DNA of 64,000 nucleotides from a virus (Duplodnaviria; Heunggongvirae; Uroviricota; Caudoviricetes): IMG/VR virus record IMGVR_UViG_2609460332_000008; one strand, 5' to 3'. Shown piece by piece: positions 28,132 to 38,551 of this stretch (position 1 is its first letter; each line of letters starts with the position of its first letter). The notes under the pieces were generated by a model. It saw only the letters and a program-made list of their open reading frames with translations, ran no database searches and was not told where the DNA came from. The position numbers and the translations under genes were made by a program.

Positions 28132-28229
28132 TTTTTATTCCTTAGTAGTTTGTTTCAGGCGCGAGCAATCCCCTGACGCATCGCGCCATAATTAAAAGAA
28201 AGTGAATTAATTAAATATTCGTGGTGGTA

Positions 28230-28754
28230 TTAAATACCGGCTTCCTGTTCAAACGGAATAATAGAAAAATCTTCAATGCCCGATTTAACTGTAATTCCGG
28301 CAACACCTGCGACCGCTTTCGGTTCCAGTAAAATCGCTTCCTTGTTGATTTCCTGTTTCGTGCGAATAAAACGTTGCAGGCCAAGACGCTCCAGCGTTTC
28401 CATCACCGCATCCACACCGCGAATACTTACCGATGGCGGGCGCTGACGCCATGACACATCGCCGGTTACCAGGTTTGCCGTCTTCACCTTGCCACCGTTC
28501 GTCAGTTCGTCGCGGTTCGCTTCACACCATCCCTGAACGCCTTTTGAAAGGGTTTCAATACTGGTTTTAAGTGGCGCAATCTGTGAGGCGTATTTCTCCG
28601 TAATATCAGCGATAGCGTCATTCATTTCCGTTTCAAGTCGTGCTGCTTCGCGTTGCAGGTCCCCAATCCGGCGGATATCACATACCACGGCATCGCGGGA
28701 TTGCGGAACATAAGCCGCTGCGGCGTTCTTGATTCGTTTTGCTGGTTTAGCCAT
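28230..28754 (-). CDS. gam: Host-nuclease inhibitor protein Gam (Ku-like DNA end-binding protein)
   Basis: 174-aa translation MAKPAKRIKNAAAAYVPQSRDAVV...GITVKSGIEDFSIIPFEQEAGI closely matches remembered Mu Gam. Confidence 0.85.
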   Translation of the reverse strand: MAKPAKRIKNAAAAYVPQSRDAVVCDIRRIGDLQREAARLETEMNDAIADITEKYASQIAPLKTSIETLSKGVQGWCEANRDELTNGGKVKTANLVTGDVSWRQRPPSVSIRGVDAVMETLERLGLQRFIRTKQEINKEAILLEPKAVAGVAGITVKSGIEDFSIIPFEQEAGI

Positions 28755-28774
28755 ATAAATAAAGCTCCTGTTAA

Positions 28775-29065
28775 TTAATATTCACTGTATACAATGCTGG
28801 ATACAGCACGATTGCTTAATTCCATCTTTTGGGCTATCACATGAATAGCTAGCCCTTCTTTATAAAGTTCACGACACAAATATTTGTCGTGCTCACTGAT
28901 TCGGTAAACACACAACGATATTCCGTGCCTTCTGGCATGTGCCCGGAGAGCGGTTGTGGCAACTTTCAGTTTTTTCGCCATTTCTTCGACGGTCATTTTT
29001 CCGACATTGGCTTCGATAAATTCCCGGTCTTCGCGTGACCATCTTTTGCGAGGGATTATCATCAT
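28775..29065 (-). CDS. Hypothetical early-region protein (96 aa), possible DNA-binding protein
   Basis: ORF between kil-like region and gam; basic helix-turn-helix-like segment TVEEMAKKLKVATTALRAHARRHG. Confidence 0.4.
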   Translation of the reverse strand: MMIIPRKRWSREDREFIEANVGKMTVEEMAKKLKVATTALRAHARRHGISLCVYRISEHDKYLCRELYKEGLAIHVIAQKMELSNRAVSSIVYSEY

Positions 29066-29076
29066 GCCTCCTGCAA

Positions 29077-29346
29077 TTAATGTTTAGCTGCATCCGGGTT
29101 ATACCGGAATAACTCGCCTTCGGCTTCCAGCCCAAGTTCTCTGGCTGACTTCAACAACTCCTGGGTTGCTTTTTCAATAATTTCAGGAGCCATGCTCTTG
29201 ATAATGCCTGCCATCACGTCATGCGGTCCGATTTGCTCCTTAGGAGACTGTTCTTCCAGTTGCACACTCATTCCTACAAAGAAACCTCCTTTTTTCTGAA
29301 ACTCAACATCTTCCATGCGGTTAAATTCAAAGATTACTTTTTCCAT
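29077..29346 (-). CDS. Hypothetical early-region protein (about 89 aa)
   Basis: Acidic small ORF; start placed at internal Met MEKVIFEF. Confidence 0.4.
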   Translation of the reverse strand: MEKVIFEFNRMEDVEFQKKGGFFVGMSVQLEEQSPKEQIGPHDVMAGIIKSMAPEIIEKATQELLKSARELGLEAEGELFRYNPDAAKH

Positions 29347-29387
29347 TTTGTTTCTCCTTTCAAATATCATTTGTCATATAGCAGGAT

Positions 29388-29669
29388 TTATTTACGTCTT
29401 ACGCCTGCCTTACGTGGACGTGTAACCCTGAATCTGACATCACGACAAAACTTAATTAATGCCTTTTGTGCCAGTCGCTGATTTGGCGCTTCCGGGATAC
29501 CCGGAACCAGCAATTGCACCGGAGCTGTTCGGGAATGTCGCGCGAGTACTTCAATTGCATCTTTTACCGCTTTTTCTTCGCCGCTGATGACTGGTAAGGC
29601 ACCATCAGGAACCTTATCGCCAAACTCAATCAGGCCACTGGCCCAGACATAAGCCGTAATTTTTTTCAT
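29388..29669 (-). CDS. Hypothetical early-region protein (93 aa)
   Basis: ORF in the early operon; basic C-terminus. Confidence 0.4.
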   Translation of the reverse strand: MKKITAYVWASGLIEFGDKVPDGALPVISGEEKAVKDAIEVLARHSRTAPVQLLVPGIPEAPNQRLAQKALIKFCRDVRFRVTRPRKAGVRRK

Positions 29670-29672
29670 CTT

Positions 29673-29900
29673 TCATCTCCAGATAATCTGACAACCATTA
29701 AGGCGGGCCGTCCATACTGAACGGGCAACCCCTGATTTATGCTCCATAATTCTGATGGCGTTCCTGACCAGCTCCGGTGGCGGGCAGGTAATTTCAAGCA
29801 CCGGGCGGGCTACGCCCAGCCAAGATTCGTTGACGTGGCTGCCGCGCTCCTGTAACCAGGTCTTTACTTCCGTCGCCATTTTGATATTCCGTGACATCAT
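29673..29900 (-). CDS. Kil-like small protein (about 75 aa), first gene after B
   Basis: Position equivalent to Mu kil; call based on position only. Confidence 0.4.
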   Translation of the reverse strand: MMSRNIKMATEVKTWLQERGSHVNESWLGVARPVLEITCPPPELVRNAIRIMEHKSGVARSVWTARLNGCQIIWR

Positions 29901-29913
29901 GATTTCGCTCTCC

Positions 29914-30852
29914 TTACGTGCGCAGCAGGGTTGAAATATCAACGTCCAGGTCTAATTCACGGAAAGCCTGACGCAGATAATCTTCATTAACACGTTCACC
30001 TTTGCCGTGGGCAGTCATGGCCGCAAGGCGCAGCGAGTGGTTCAGGATGCGAAGCGCACCTGGTTTTTGTGCAATCTGCTGTAATAATTCCCGCTCGTTT
30101 TCGCCGGTAATTTGCCAGGCATCCGCAATGGCTTTTACATCGTCAATTTTTGTTTTATTAATTGCCGTCCGCTTTGCAATACGGGAAAACAGGCGGGCAA
30201 ATTCAACTGTTCTGTTACCACCGGTCATGTTTGAATAAACACGGTGATTCCCCATCAGAACAAGGCCAATACGGGCGGATTCCTGCAACAGGCGGAGTTC
30301 TTCCAGAACTTCAGCGCCAAGATGATCAGCTTCGTCGATAATGACCAGCCCCTGCGTACCTTCAAGGCGGCGTCGCAAAGCGCGGGAGAGCGGCCCTTTG
30401 CGGCGCGGTGCGTCATTCATTCCCAGTTCATAAGCCAGTTCAGTGAGACATTCCAGAACACTGGCGCAGGATGGGGTAATGGTGATCATCCAAACATTGT
30501 TATTGGTGCGACGAAATTCGCGGGCTGCTTCAGTTTTTCCCACACCTGGATTACCGCAGATAACAGAAATACTTTCAGTCAGACTGGCAAAACGCATACT
30601 CGTCCAGATTTGGCGTGCTGTTCTGGTTTCCACAAAACGCGGTGGTTCTGGCAGCTCTGCGGCACGGTGATAGTTCTCCAGCCAGCGTTCCAGCGTCTGC
30701 GCAACACGTTCATTGTCGCCGTTGTACTTGTTATTCACGAATGCGCTTAACGTTCCTGCGGCCACGCCGGACTCGCGGGCAATTTGTGCATAAGTGGCTT
30801 TTTCACTTTCTACAAGCGTGCGCAGTCCTGCGCGAATATCGGAAATATTCAT
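29914..30852 (-). CDS. B: Transposition ATPase / target DNA activator B (MuB)
   Basis: 312 aa; Walker A GNPGVGKT; translation closely matches remembered MuB. Confidence 0.9.
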   Translation of the reverse strand: MNISDIRAGLRTLVESEKATYAQIARESGVAAGTLSAFVNNKYNGDNERVAQTLERWLENYHRAAELPEPPRFVETRTARQIWTSMRFASLTESISVICGNPGVGKTEAAREFRRTNNNVWMITITPSCASVLECLTELAYELGMNDAPRRKGPLSRALRRRLEGTQGLVIIDEADHLGAEVLEELRLLQESARIGLVLMGNHRVYSNMTGGNRTVEFARLFSRIAKRTAINKTKIDDVKAIADAWQITGENERELLQQIAQKPGALRILNHSLRLAAMTAHGKGERVNEDYLRQAFRELDLDVDISTLLRT

Positions 30853-30889
30853 CTGAATAACCTCGTAATTAAATTTGTTTAAACGTTAA

Positions 30890-32881
30890 TTAAATGGCTT
30901 TTTTACGTCTGTTCTGTTCCAGAATATCCAGTGAATGATTCAGATATTCATCACGATCAGTTTCATATTCATCATCGGGGTCCTGGTATTTCACCTGCAC
31001 CGTGTTACCGGAAGGCCGGAAAATACCAACAACCCTTGATTCTGGCGCTGCTGGTTCGGCTATCTGCGGCAGCAGTTCAGCAACTTCCAGCGCGTCCATT
31101 TGCTTCTGCGCCTTAATGGCTGCTTTAGTTGCAGATTTCAGTTGCTTCTGGCGGCGGCGATATTCACGGCCTGCCGCAGCATCATTAAACGCAACAGGTG
31201 CCAGACATTCCGCTTCACATATAAACCGACCCTCCAGGGTGTAGCAATAAACTGTGCTGTGTAGCTGCTGCGGATCAAACCTGACCACAACTTTTTTCAC
31301 TCCGGCATTCATTAACGCCATGTTGTAATAAACGTTTTTCGCGCCTTTAAGGGAGCCGCCAACTTTAAGCGTAAACTCGCCTTTGCGTGAAACGTTCACC
31401 GCTTCGGCAGGCAGTAACAGCATCCGTTTTTGTTCTTCGGTTGGCTTACGCACAATCGTTCTGACGTATTCACGCTCGAAAACATCATCAAACGAGAGTT
31501 TGCCCCCGCACATTTCTGTTTCACGGCCTGTTCTGGCATTGAACATCGCAACACCTTCAGCAAGGGTTTTCAGAAACAGCTCTGCATCAACAGCACGGTC
31601 GCCATAGTTATCAGGTTTTGCCTGCGGATTTGGCCCCGTATATGCGCCAGCCAGTGCCGGATGCTTATCAACGTATTCCTCAAGCCCACCAACACCGAAA
31701 GCACGTTCAACAGGTTTTGCCTGGCCCCAGCCTTTACCGGCAACAACGCTTGTCCAGTGCATTTTTGCGCCCATCAGTAAAAACAGCCCCTTTGGATCGT
31801 CCTCTTTTACCTTAAAGCGGTAACGATTGGGCGCGCCCCCCGTCAGCCATTTATTCGCTGCACCACGGGTGTTATCAATGGTGATGTGAAAATCCTCCGG
31901 GATACCGTAGCGAGTCACAACATCCATGAACGAGAGGCGAATTGAATCAATGTTCTCGCTCACATCGCAGCGCCAGCCCAGGATTTTTCGGGTTTTCACA
32001 TCCTGCCAGAACCATGTTTTCGGGCGGATCACATCACCGTTAAACCAGCGTACAAAGACGTTATGCAGATAACCGTCGCCGTTGATCCACTGCATGGCGT
32101 CCAGGTGTTCCACAGTTCGCTGCTGTGCAGGTATCAGATGCATCAGTGCATGTTCACCTTCACGGCAGGCAACAACCATTGCCTCGTCCAGTTGCTGAAT
32201 CCGGCGAAAGGCCGTGGCACGGGAGGGAATATTCCAGCCATGCTCACGTGCTGCCAGTTCCAGACGCTCATAACATTTGCGAAAGGCGGGTTTTTCCGGT
32301 CGCAGATAATCTGCAATCAGAAACTGCCAGGCATCCTCGTCAAATTCACTTTTGTGAACGTTGCGACGGGATGCACCACGTCCATCAACAAGCGCAGCCG
32401 CCCAGTCAGGCTTCGCAAACTTCTGTACCTGGTAATATTTGTCTCGCAAAGTGGATGCGCTGACCTGGTAATGTCCTGCAACGGTCGCAAATGCCGTTTT
32501 CGTTGAAATCCCCTGGTTCAGCATTTCGTCTGCAGCCTGAACCGCAGGCAACCATTTTTCAGCAAGTTTGCGCTGGGAATCGCTGGCGTTATCCCATTTG
32601 CTCCACAGTGCCTCACGATCATAATCATGGGCTTCCAGCGTGGGGCGGGCGATTTCAAAACGGCCCTGGCTTGTTTCAATCTCTCCTTGTCTAAGCAATA
32701 ACGCCGCTTTCGCTTCAACAGGTAAAGAGTTAGCATTGTATTCAATTGCTTTACCTCCTTTGACACCTGCTCTAGTGCGGTTTTGCCATCCTTGCTTCTT
32801 AGCGACATAAATCACACCAGCTGATGTTTTCGGCAAGCCAGGAAGATTTGCACACTCTTTCGGTGACACCCAAAGTTCCAT
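30890..32881 (-). CDS. A: DDE transposase A (MuA)
   Basis: 663 aa from [33 protein letters not shown]...; closely matches remembered MuA. Confidence 0.9.
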   Translation of the reverse strand: MELWVSPKECANLPGLPKTSAGVIYVAKKQGWQNRTRAGVKGGKAIEYNANSLPVEAKAALLLRQGEIETSQGRFEIARPTLEAHDYDREALWSKWDNASDSQRKLAEKWLPAVQAADEMLNQGISTKTAFATVAGHYQVSASTLRDKYYQVQKFAKPDWAAALVDGRGASRRNVHKSEFDEDAWQFLIADYLRPEKPAFRKCYERLELAAREHGWNIPSRATAFRRIQQLDEAMVVACREGEHALMHLIPAQQRTVEHLDAMQWINGDGYLHNVFVRWFNGDVIRPKTWFWQDVKTRKILGWRCDVSENIDSIRLSFMDVVTRYGIPEDFHITIDNTRGAANKWLTGGAPNRYRFKVKEDDPKGLFLLMGAKMHWTSVVAGKGWGQAKPVERAFGVGGLEEYVDKHPALAGAYTGPNPQAKPDNYGDRAVDAELFLKTLAEGVAMFNARTGRETEMCGGKLSFDDVFEREYVRTIVRKPTEEQKRMLLLPAEAVNVSRKGEFTLKVGGSLKGAKNVYYNMALMNAGVKKVVVRFDPQQLHSTVYCYTLEGRFICEAECLAPVAFNDAAAGREYRRRQKQLKSATKAAIKAQKQMDALEVAELLPQIAEPAAPESRVVGIFRPSGNTVQVKYQDPDDEYETDRDEYLNHSLDILEQNRRKKAI

Positions 32882-32882
32882 A

Positions 32883-33110
32883 TTATTCACCTGCTTGATA
32901 TCGGCTAGGCCAGATGACTTCCGGTTTAGTTTCAAGGGCGTTAGCAATAATCTGTTCGCCCTTTGGCCAGTGCCGTTCTAGCGCATTAGCTAATGTTGTT
33001 GGCGCATAACCAAACTGCCGAGAAAGAGCTGATAAAGAGAGCTTTCTTTTCTTAAGTCCCGCAATCACATCAGCACGATGCCAATCACGGACCTTTTCGT
33101 TGGAACACAT
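32883..33110 (-). CDS. ner: Ner, DNA-binding negative regulator of early transcription
   Basis: 75 aa [48 protein letters not shown]...; position between the operator region and A. Confidence 0.85.
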   Translation of the reverse strand: MCSNEKVRDWHRADVIAGLKKRKLSLSALSRQFGYAPTTLANALERHWPKGEQIIANALETKPEVIWPSRYQAGE

Positions 33111-33278
33111 TTAAAAACCCTCCTAAGTTTTGTAATCTATAAAGTTAGCAATTTAACTAAGTGCAAAAACTTAGTTTACTTGCCAAAAAGATAAATACTG
33201 AAAAGTCTTTTGTAAAGTGACTTTTTAGTATTGTTGATCATGTTTTGTGTATTATGTTGAAAAATAAGGGTTTAAATT
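33111..33278. promoter_or_regulatory. Mu early operator/promoter region (divergent Pe and Pc with repressor operators)
   Basis: AT-rich 168-bp spacer between divergent ner and c with repeated CTTTT/AAAAG-type elements (actgaaaagtcttttgtaaagtgactttttag). Confidence 0.6.
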
Positions 33279-33869
33279 TTGAAAAGTAACTTTATAGAAT
33301 CTGGTGATACTGAAAAGTCAATCTGGTGTACGCCGCAAGAAATTATGGCTGCTGATGGTATGCCTGGATCTGTTGCAGGTGTTCACTATCGGGCAAATGT
33401 TCAAGGCTGGACAAAGCGAAAAAAGGAAGGTGTGAAGGGGGGTAAAGCAGTTGAATACGATGTGATGTCTATGCCCACCAAAGAACGAGAGCAAGTTATT
33501 GCACACCTAGGTCTGTCTATTCCTGGCACTGCTGCTCAAGCTAATGAGCAGCAGGATTCTTCGGAGCTGATAAACAAATTAACCACAACCTTAATCAATA
33601 TGATTGAAGAACTGGAACCAGATGAAGCACGTAAGGCACTGAAACTATTAAGCAAAGGTGGGCTACTGGCGTTAATGCCACTTGTATTTAATGAACAGAA
33701 ACTTTACAGCTTTATAGGATTTTCACAGCAAAGTATCCAGACGTTGATGATGCTAGATGCATTACCTGAAGAAAAACGCAAAGAGATTTTGTCAAAGTAT
33801 GGGATTAATGAACAGGAGAGTCTTGTAGCTCCTTTGCAGGATCCACAAGATGTAAAAAAAGCCGTATAA
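33279..33869 (+). CDS. c: Mu c repressor (Rep)
   Basis: 196 aa MKSNFIESGDTEKSIWCTPQEIMAADGMPGSVAGVHYRANVQGWTKRKKEG... closely matches remembered Mu repressor c. Confidence 0.9.
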   Translation: MKSNFIESGDTEKSIWCTPQEIMAADGMPGSVAGVHYRANVQGWTKRKKEGVKGGKAVEYDVMSMPTKEREQVIAHLGLSIPGTAAQANEQQDSSELINKLTTTLINMIEELEPDEARKALKLLSKGGLLALMPLVFNEQKLYSFIGFSQQSIQTLMMLDALPEEKRKEILSKYGINEQESLVAPLQDPQDVKKAV

Positions 33870-34019
33870 CAACCAGGAATCTAGCTAAAACACGCACTTT
33901 CCCTCAAGTAACCTAGAGGGTAAGATACTGAAACAACAAAACCTGTTTTTGATATACGTCATTCGCCAGAAGCCTGGTTGTTATCGGGTTTGAAGCGTTT
34001 TTGAAGCTGCAATTGAAAT

Positions 34020-34209
34020 AATGCGTGAAGCAATTGCTTTTCGTATGTTTAATGAAACAAAAGCCATTTCTAACAATCTTTCGCGTTTCAATGCTTAACG
34101 GCTAAAATTTGCTCTACAGGCTTGCAAGCCCCACCAAATCTAATCCCGTCAAATCCCGAATAATCCAATATCCTCCCGGTTTTTTTCGTACTTCTCGTGA
34201 ATCAATACA
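34020..34209 (-). other. Mu left end (attL) with transposase-binding repeats
   Basis: Terminal ...GTGAATCAATACA ends at 34209 (reverse complement of TGTATTGATTCAC); AT-rich repeats GTTTCA/TGAAAC upstream. Confidence 0.8.
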
Positions 34210-34214
34210 CCAGC
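34210..34214. repeat. 5-bp target-site duplication CCAGC (copy adjoining Mu left end)
   Basis: Identical to 635..639. Confidence 0.85.
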
Positions 34215-35756
34215 CAAAATAATGCATTGGCTGATGGAAAACAGAGAAATATGGTAACTGTAAGCCTTGCGGACCGTTTCGGCAATGTTGTTCCTGGTTA
34301 TGCTGTCACATTGTCTTTACCAGCAGGGATAACTCAAGTTGGTGGTGAACATGCTGTTTCAACTGACGAAAATGGTAATGCTATTTTTGCGTTAATAAGC
34401 TCCACTCCGGGGTCTTACGTGATTACAGCTCATGCTGGTTCTCAGATGTCTACTGAGTTAACAGTGACCTTTGCATCAAATATGACCGGAGCTTCACTGT
34501 CACTGACGCCTGAAAGCAGTAGTTTAATTTCCAATATTCCTGCTAATGGTAAGGATGCAGCGGTATTAGATGTGCAGCTGACAAATACGAATGCGTCGGT
34601 CAATGGGCAAAAGATTCAGCTCATCACCTCATCTGAAGGATTATCTGTACCAACAAATATCGTGACTGATTCAACAGGGCATGTTTCTGTTCCGCTTACA
34701 ACGGTGAAAGCTGGTGAGTACACGGTGACTGCACGGGTGACTGACGGTTCCCATAGCGTGGAATCTGGCAGCGTTAAGTTAACTTTTGTGCCCGATGTTG
34801 CTTCTGCAGAACTGAATATGAGTGTATCAAAACAGGAGATTGTGGCCGATGGCAGTGAAAACGCAACAGTAAACATTCAGTTGGTTGATGCGAATAACAA
34901 TGCGTTTACAGGCGAGGTGGATTTAACGATTACACCATCGACGGGAGCATCATTGACCAGTAGTAATCTGCAACTGGATGCTCATGGACAGGCAACAACG
35001 CAGTTCACTGCATCGAAATCAGGCCAGTACACAATTCAGGCCGAGTATGTTCTGGATGGGAAACGCATAACCGCAAGCCAGAATATTGATGCCGTGACGG
35101 ATGTGAAGGGGGCTGTGTTGGAGATCACATCATCTGCATCTTCGGCTGTAGTGAGCGATACCAACAATCTGGTATTTACGTTACTGTTGAAAAGTAAGTC
35201 AGGCGAAGCATTAAGTGGTCGAGCATTGAATGTTAAGACATCTGGGCCGTCTAAATATGGTGCGTTGGTGGTTGATAAAACCACAGTAACGACTGATGAG
35301 AACGGTCAGGCTACGGTAAGCGTACATGGTCGAACGGTTGGTTCGTATAAATTAACGGCGACCTTAAACGAACTTGGCAGTGATGTTAGCGCGGTGAAAT
35401 CATTCTCCCTGTACGCTGATGACGCAAATGGAGTATTGACTCTAACAAAAGATCCTGGTTATGAGACAAACGATGGATCTCCAGTAGGTATTTATGCTCG
35501 ATTTGTCGATCATTTTGGAAACCCATTATCTGGTACGGTTGAGTTTTCTGCTGGTAGTGAAGATAGTCCAGACTCTCAACGGGTCAAAATGGAGCCTGCT
35601 ACAGTAACGTTACACTGGACAGGTAATGCAGCTTCGGAATTCAGCACCTATGAAAGTGGTTATCACTGGATTAAGGCCAAAATAACGAATAGCAAAAATA
35701 CATATGAGAAAACAATAAGGACTTATGTTGTAAAACTACCTGAAAAGGATAGTTAA
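34210..35756 (+). pseudogene. Invasin/intimin-family Big-domain adhesin, downstream fragment; continues the frame of 1..639
   Basis: Frame in phase with the upstream fragment across the duplication (...FEAS|QNNALADGKQRN...); five or more Big-like repeats (GSYVITAHAGSQ, GEYTVTARVTDG, GQYTIQAEYVLDG, GSYKLTATLNELG); the listed start at 34197 lies inside the Mu end. Confidence 0.75.
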
Positions 35757-35792
35757 CAAAATTGAATGGGGAGGGCTTAGCCCTCCCTCTTT

Positions 35793-36836
35793 TTACAGGT
35801 TAGCGTTTGGGTTTTGTTGTTGGGGAGCTGTTTTTATAGGCGCTCCCAGGTTTTTAGTAAACCACTCAACGACTCTGTTTATAATAATTGGCTGATACCA
35901 TGTCTTATCGCCATGCTCGGCCCCTTCTACCAGCACGTACTCAGCGTTATCACCGTTCTTCTTCAACATCCTGAATAGTTTGGCGCTTTGCTCAGGTGAA
36001 ACCAGAGTGTCTTTGCTACCATGCATAATAAGAAATGGGGGTTTTACTCCTTTCATATGTCCGATTGGACTGGCGTTTAGCGCTTTTTCTTTTGACGCTG
36101 TGATGGGGGCTCCCGCAAAATTTCTGAATGCAGGGCCATTGATCATTAAGGCTTCGGTTACGGCAGGAGAGCGATGAACCTCCTGCACTGATTCAGGGAA
36201 CCCCTCGCCAATATTCAACAAGTCAGAAATCCCATAAAGTGTGGCAACTGCCTGAACATCTGAGGATTGCTGAAGAAAGTCACCTTTATCAAAGGTTTTG
36301 TCACCATTTGTAGTTCCCATCATCTGGGCAAGCCATCCACCGGCAGAGTCACCCAGAACTCCGATTCTTTGAGGATCAATCCCATAATTGCTGGCATGCT
36401 CTCTCAGGTAACGTATTGCAGCTTTTCCATCCTCAACTGGTGCTGGAAATGTATCAGGAATTGTTCTGTATTCTACAGCGGCCACAACAAAACCAGCTTC
36501 TGCCAGAGCCATTCTCATTTCAATAAATTTGTCATGTTCAGAAGACATGAATCCGCCGCCGGGATAATAAATAATGGCTGGTTTTAAATCATTTGTTCGC
36601 GGGACAAGAACTGACATGTGAAGCTGTCTGACAGAACGAGTTCCTTTTATCTGGGAATAAACAACATCACCAATGAGATCGACCTGGTTTCTGGTCGGTG
36701 AAACACTAATGATATCTGCACCCGGGGTGTAACCAGGAAGATTAGTCTGGACAGGTGTTGCACAACTCCCGACCGACATGGCCATTGACATACCATACAA
36801 TAGTGTTGCAGATGATAATATCTTGTTAATTTTCAT
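35793..36836 (-). CDS. Alpha/beta-hydrolase fold esterase/lipase, predicted lipoprotein
   Basis: Signal peptide with lipobox VGSC; HGG-type oxyanion motif YPGGGF and nucleophile elbow GDSAGG. Confidence 0.7.
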   Translation of the reverse strand: MKINKILSSATLLYGMSMAMSVGSCATPVQTNLPGYTPGADIISVSPTRNQVDLIGDVVYSQIKGTRSVRQLHMSVLVPRTNDLKPAIIYYPGGGFMSSEHDKFIEMRMALAEAGFVVAAVEYRTIPDTFPAPVEDGKAAIRYLREHASNYGIDPQRIGVLGDSAGGWLAQMMGTTNGDKTFDKGDFLQQSSDVQAVATLYGISDLLNIGEGFPESVQEVHRSPAVTEALMINGPAFRNFAGAPITASKEKALNASPIGHMKGVKPPFLIMHGSKDTLVSPEQSAKLFRMLKKNGDNAEYVLVEGAEHGDKTWYQPIIINRVVEWFTKNLGAPIKTAPQQQNPNANL

Positions 36837-37283
36837 GTTTTACATGCCTTGACTTATCGGATGAAATTCTCTTACTAAATTTAACGGCAGTTTAATAGCC
36901 GTACAACTCGTGGTAGCCAGGGAAATATCCCAGTCGTGGTTAAGGTTGTACTTGACGGCTATTATTTCAACAATGCTTAAAGTGAGAGCTTAAGGTTATG
37001 CGTATGTTTTACAGTCCGAGTAGATTCTGACCAATAGCTTCTTTGTATAATTCTGTCAGAAATAAATCTTGGCTTGCATGAAGTTTGAGACCTTATCTTG
37101 TTTGATTATGAATAATCAATTCGCCATAATTGTATCACCGGAGCCTGAACAACTCCGGTGACTTCTGCGCTAAACGGGGACGTTTATGCGCACACACAAT
37201 CCAAACTCTCTTCTCCCTTCACAGATGCAGAAATGCACCTGCGTTTTTTTGCATCTAGCGTCTGACCTCTGTGGAGGTGAAGC

Positions 37284-37739
37284 GTGAACCTACCACAAGA
37301 TGGCATCAAACTGCATCGCGGTAACTTCATCGCTATCGGCCAGCAGATCCAGCCTTATCTGGAGAACGGAAAATGCTTTCGCATGGTGCTTAAACCGTGG
37401 CGTGAGAAACGCAGTCTTTCCCAGAATGCACTCAGCCACATGTGGTACAGCGAAATCAGTGAATACCTCATCAGCAGGGGGAAATCGTTCGCTACCGCAG
37501 CATGGGTAAAAGATGCTCTCAAACACACATACCTCGGTTATGAAACCAAGGACCTGGTTGATGTCGTAACCGGCGAAATCACTACTATCCAGTCGTTACG
37601 CCATACCTCCGATCTCGATACCGGAGAGATGTATGTCTTCCTGTGTAAGGTTGAAGCCTGGGCGGTGAATATTGGCTGCCACCTGACTATTCCGCAGAGC
37701 TGCGAGTTCCAGCTGCTGCGCGACAAGCAGGAGGCGTAA
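37284..37739 (+). CDS. NinB-family recombination protein (YbcN-like)
   Basis: 151 aa with [14 protein letters not shown] segment resembling the lambda NinB/Orf family; first gene of a nin-like cluster. Confidence 0.55.
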   Translation: MNLPQDGIKLHRGNFIAIGQQIQPYLENGKCFRMVLKPWREKRSLSQNALSHMWYSEISEYLISRGKSFATAAWVKDALKHTYLGYETKDLVDVVTGEITTIQSLRHTSDLDTGEMYVFLCKVEAWAVNIGCHLTIPQSCEFQLLRDKQEA

Positions 37740-37909
37740 TGGCTACACCGCTTATTCGTGTCATGAACGGACACATCTACAGAGTACCAAATCGTCGTAA
37801 GCGTAAGCCTGAGCTGAAACCATCCGAAATACCAACACTGCTCGGATATACCGCCAGCCTGGTTGATAAAAAATGGTTGCGACTGGCAGCAAGGAGGAAT
37901 CATGGCTGA
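37739..37909 (+). CDS. ninE: NinE-like protein (56 aa)
   Basis: ATG at 37739 overlapping the upstream stop; [56 protein letters not shown]. Confidence 0.6.
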   Translation: MATPLIRVMNGHIYRVPNRRKRKPELKPSEIPTLLGYTASLVDKKWLRLAARRNHG

Positions 37910-38192
37910 CTTGAGAAAAGCAGCGCGTGGTCGGGAATGCCAGGTAAGAATCCCTGGCGTATGTAATGGCAATCCTGAAACGTCAGTACTGGCACATATC
38001 CGGCTGGCTGGATTGTGCGGTACCGGTATCAAACCGCCAGACCTGATTGCCACCATTGCATGTTCTGCCTGCCACGACGAAATCGACCGTCGCACGCATT
38101 TTGTTGACGCTGGATATGCAAAAGAATGTGCGCTGGAAGGTATGGCGAGAACACAGGTTATCTGGCTGAAAGAGGGGGTAATTAAGGCGTGA
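37902..38192 (+). CDS. YbcO-like putative nuclease (96 aa)
   Basis: Start ATG 37902 overlaps ninE stop; Cys-rich [11 protein letters not shown]...[11 protein letters not shown]; listed ORF start 37863 is probably too far upstream. Confidence 0.55.
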   Translation: MADLRKAARGRECQVRIPGVCNGNPETSVLAHIRLAGLCGTGIKPPDLIATIACSACHDEIDRRTHFVDAGYAKECALEGMARTQVIWLKEGVIKA

Positions 38193-38551
38193 ATACTTAC
38201 TGCATCACACTACCCTGGCCGCCGAGCAATAATCGCTATTACCGCCATAATCGCGGACGCACGCATATCAGCGCAGAGGGGCAGGCATACCGCGATAATG
38301 TCGCCCGAATCATTAAAAACGCAATGCTGGATATCGGCCTGGCTATTCCTGTGAAAATCAGCATTGAGTGCCACATGCCGGATCGCCGTCGCCGTGACCT
38401 TGATAATCTGCAAAAGGCCGCTTTTGACGCACTCACCAAAGCAGGTTTCTGGCTGGATGATGCTCAGGTCGTTGATTACCGCGTTGTGAAGATGCCCGTT
38501 ACCAAAGGTGGGAAGCTGGAGCTGACTATCACTGAACTGGGAGATGAATGA
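38189..38551 (+). CDS. rusA: Holliday junction resolvase RusA
   Basis: 120 aa [35 protein letters not shown]... typical RusA. Confidence 0.8.
   Translation: MNTYCITLPWPPSNNRYYRHNRGRTHISAEGQAYRDNVARIIKNAMLDIGLAIPVKISIECHMPDRRRRDLDNLQKAAFDALTKAGFWLDDAQVVDYRVVKMPVTKGGKLELTITELGDE

Larger units (their letters stand above)
640..34209 (-). mobile_element. Mu-like transposable prophage (about 33.6 kb), Mu left end at 34209, right end at 640
   Basis: Ends read TGAAGCGGCGCACGAAAAACGCGAAAACGTTTCACGATAAATGCGAAAA (640 onward) and ...CCGGTTTTTTTCGTACTTCTCGTGAATCAATACA (ending 34209), matching remembered Mu attR and attL termini (5'-TG...CA-3'); gene content and order c-ner-A-B-gam-gemA-mor...com-mom. 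Confidence 0.9.

Noticed and set aside
30244-30750. Plus-strand ORF (168 aa) inside the B gene
   Set aside because: Antisense to MuB, which is strongly supported; no ribosome-binding context
34197-34209. Start codon GTG at 34197 for the downstream adhesin ORF
   Set aside because: These bases are the terminal nucleotides of the Mu left end; the frame is a continuation of the upstream fragment, not an independent start
640-34209. Integrase or Gin-type recombinase within the Mu-like element
   Set aside because: No tyrosine or serine recombinase-like ORF was found; the element carries a DDE transposase (A) and B instead, consistent with transposition rather than site-specific integration
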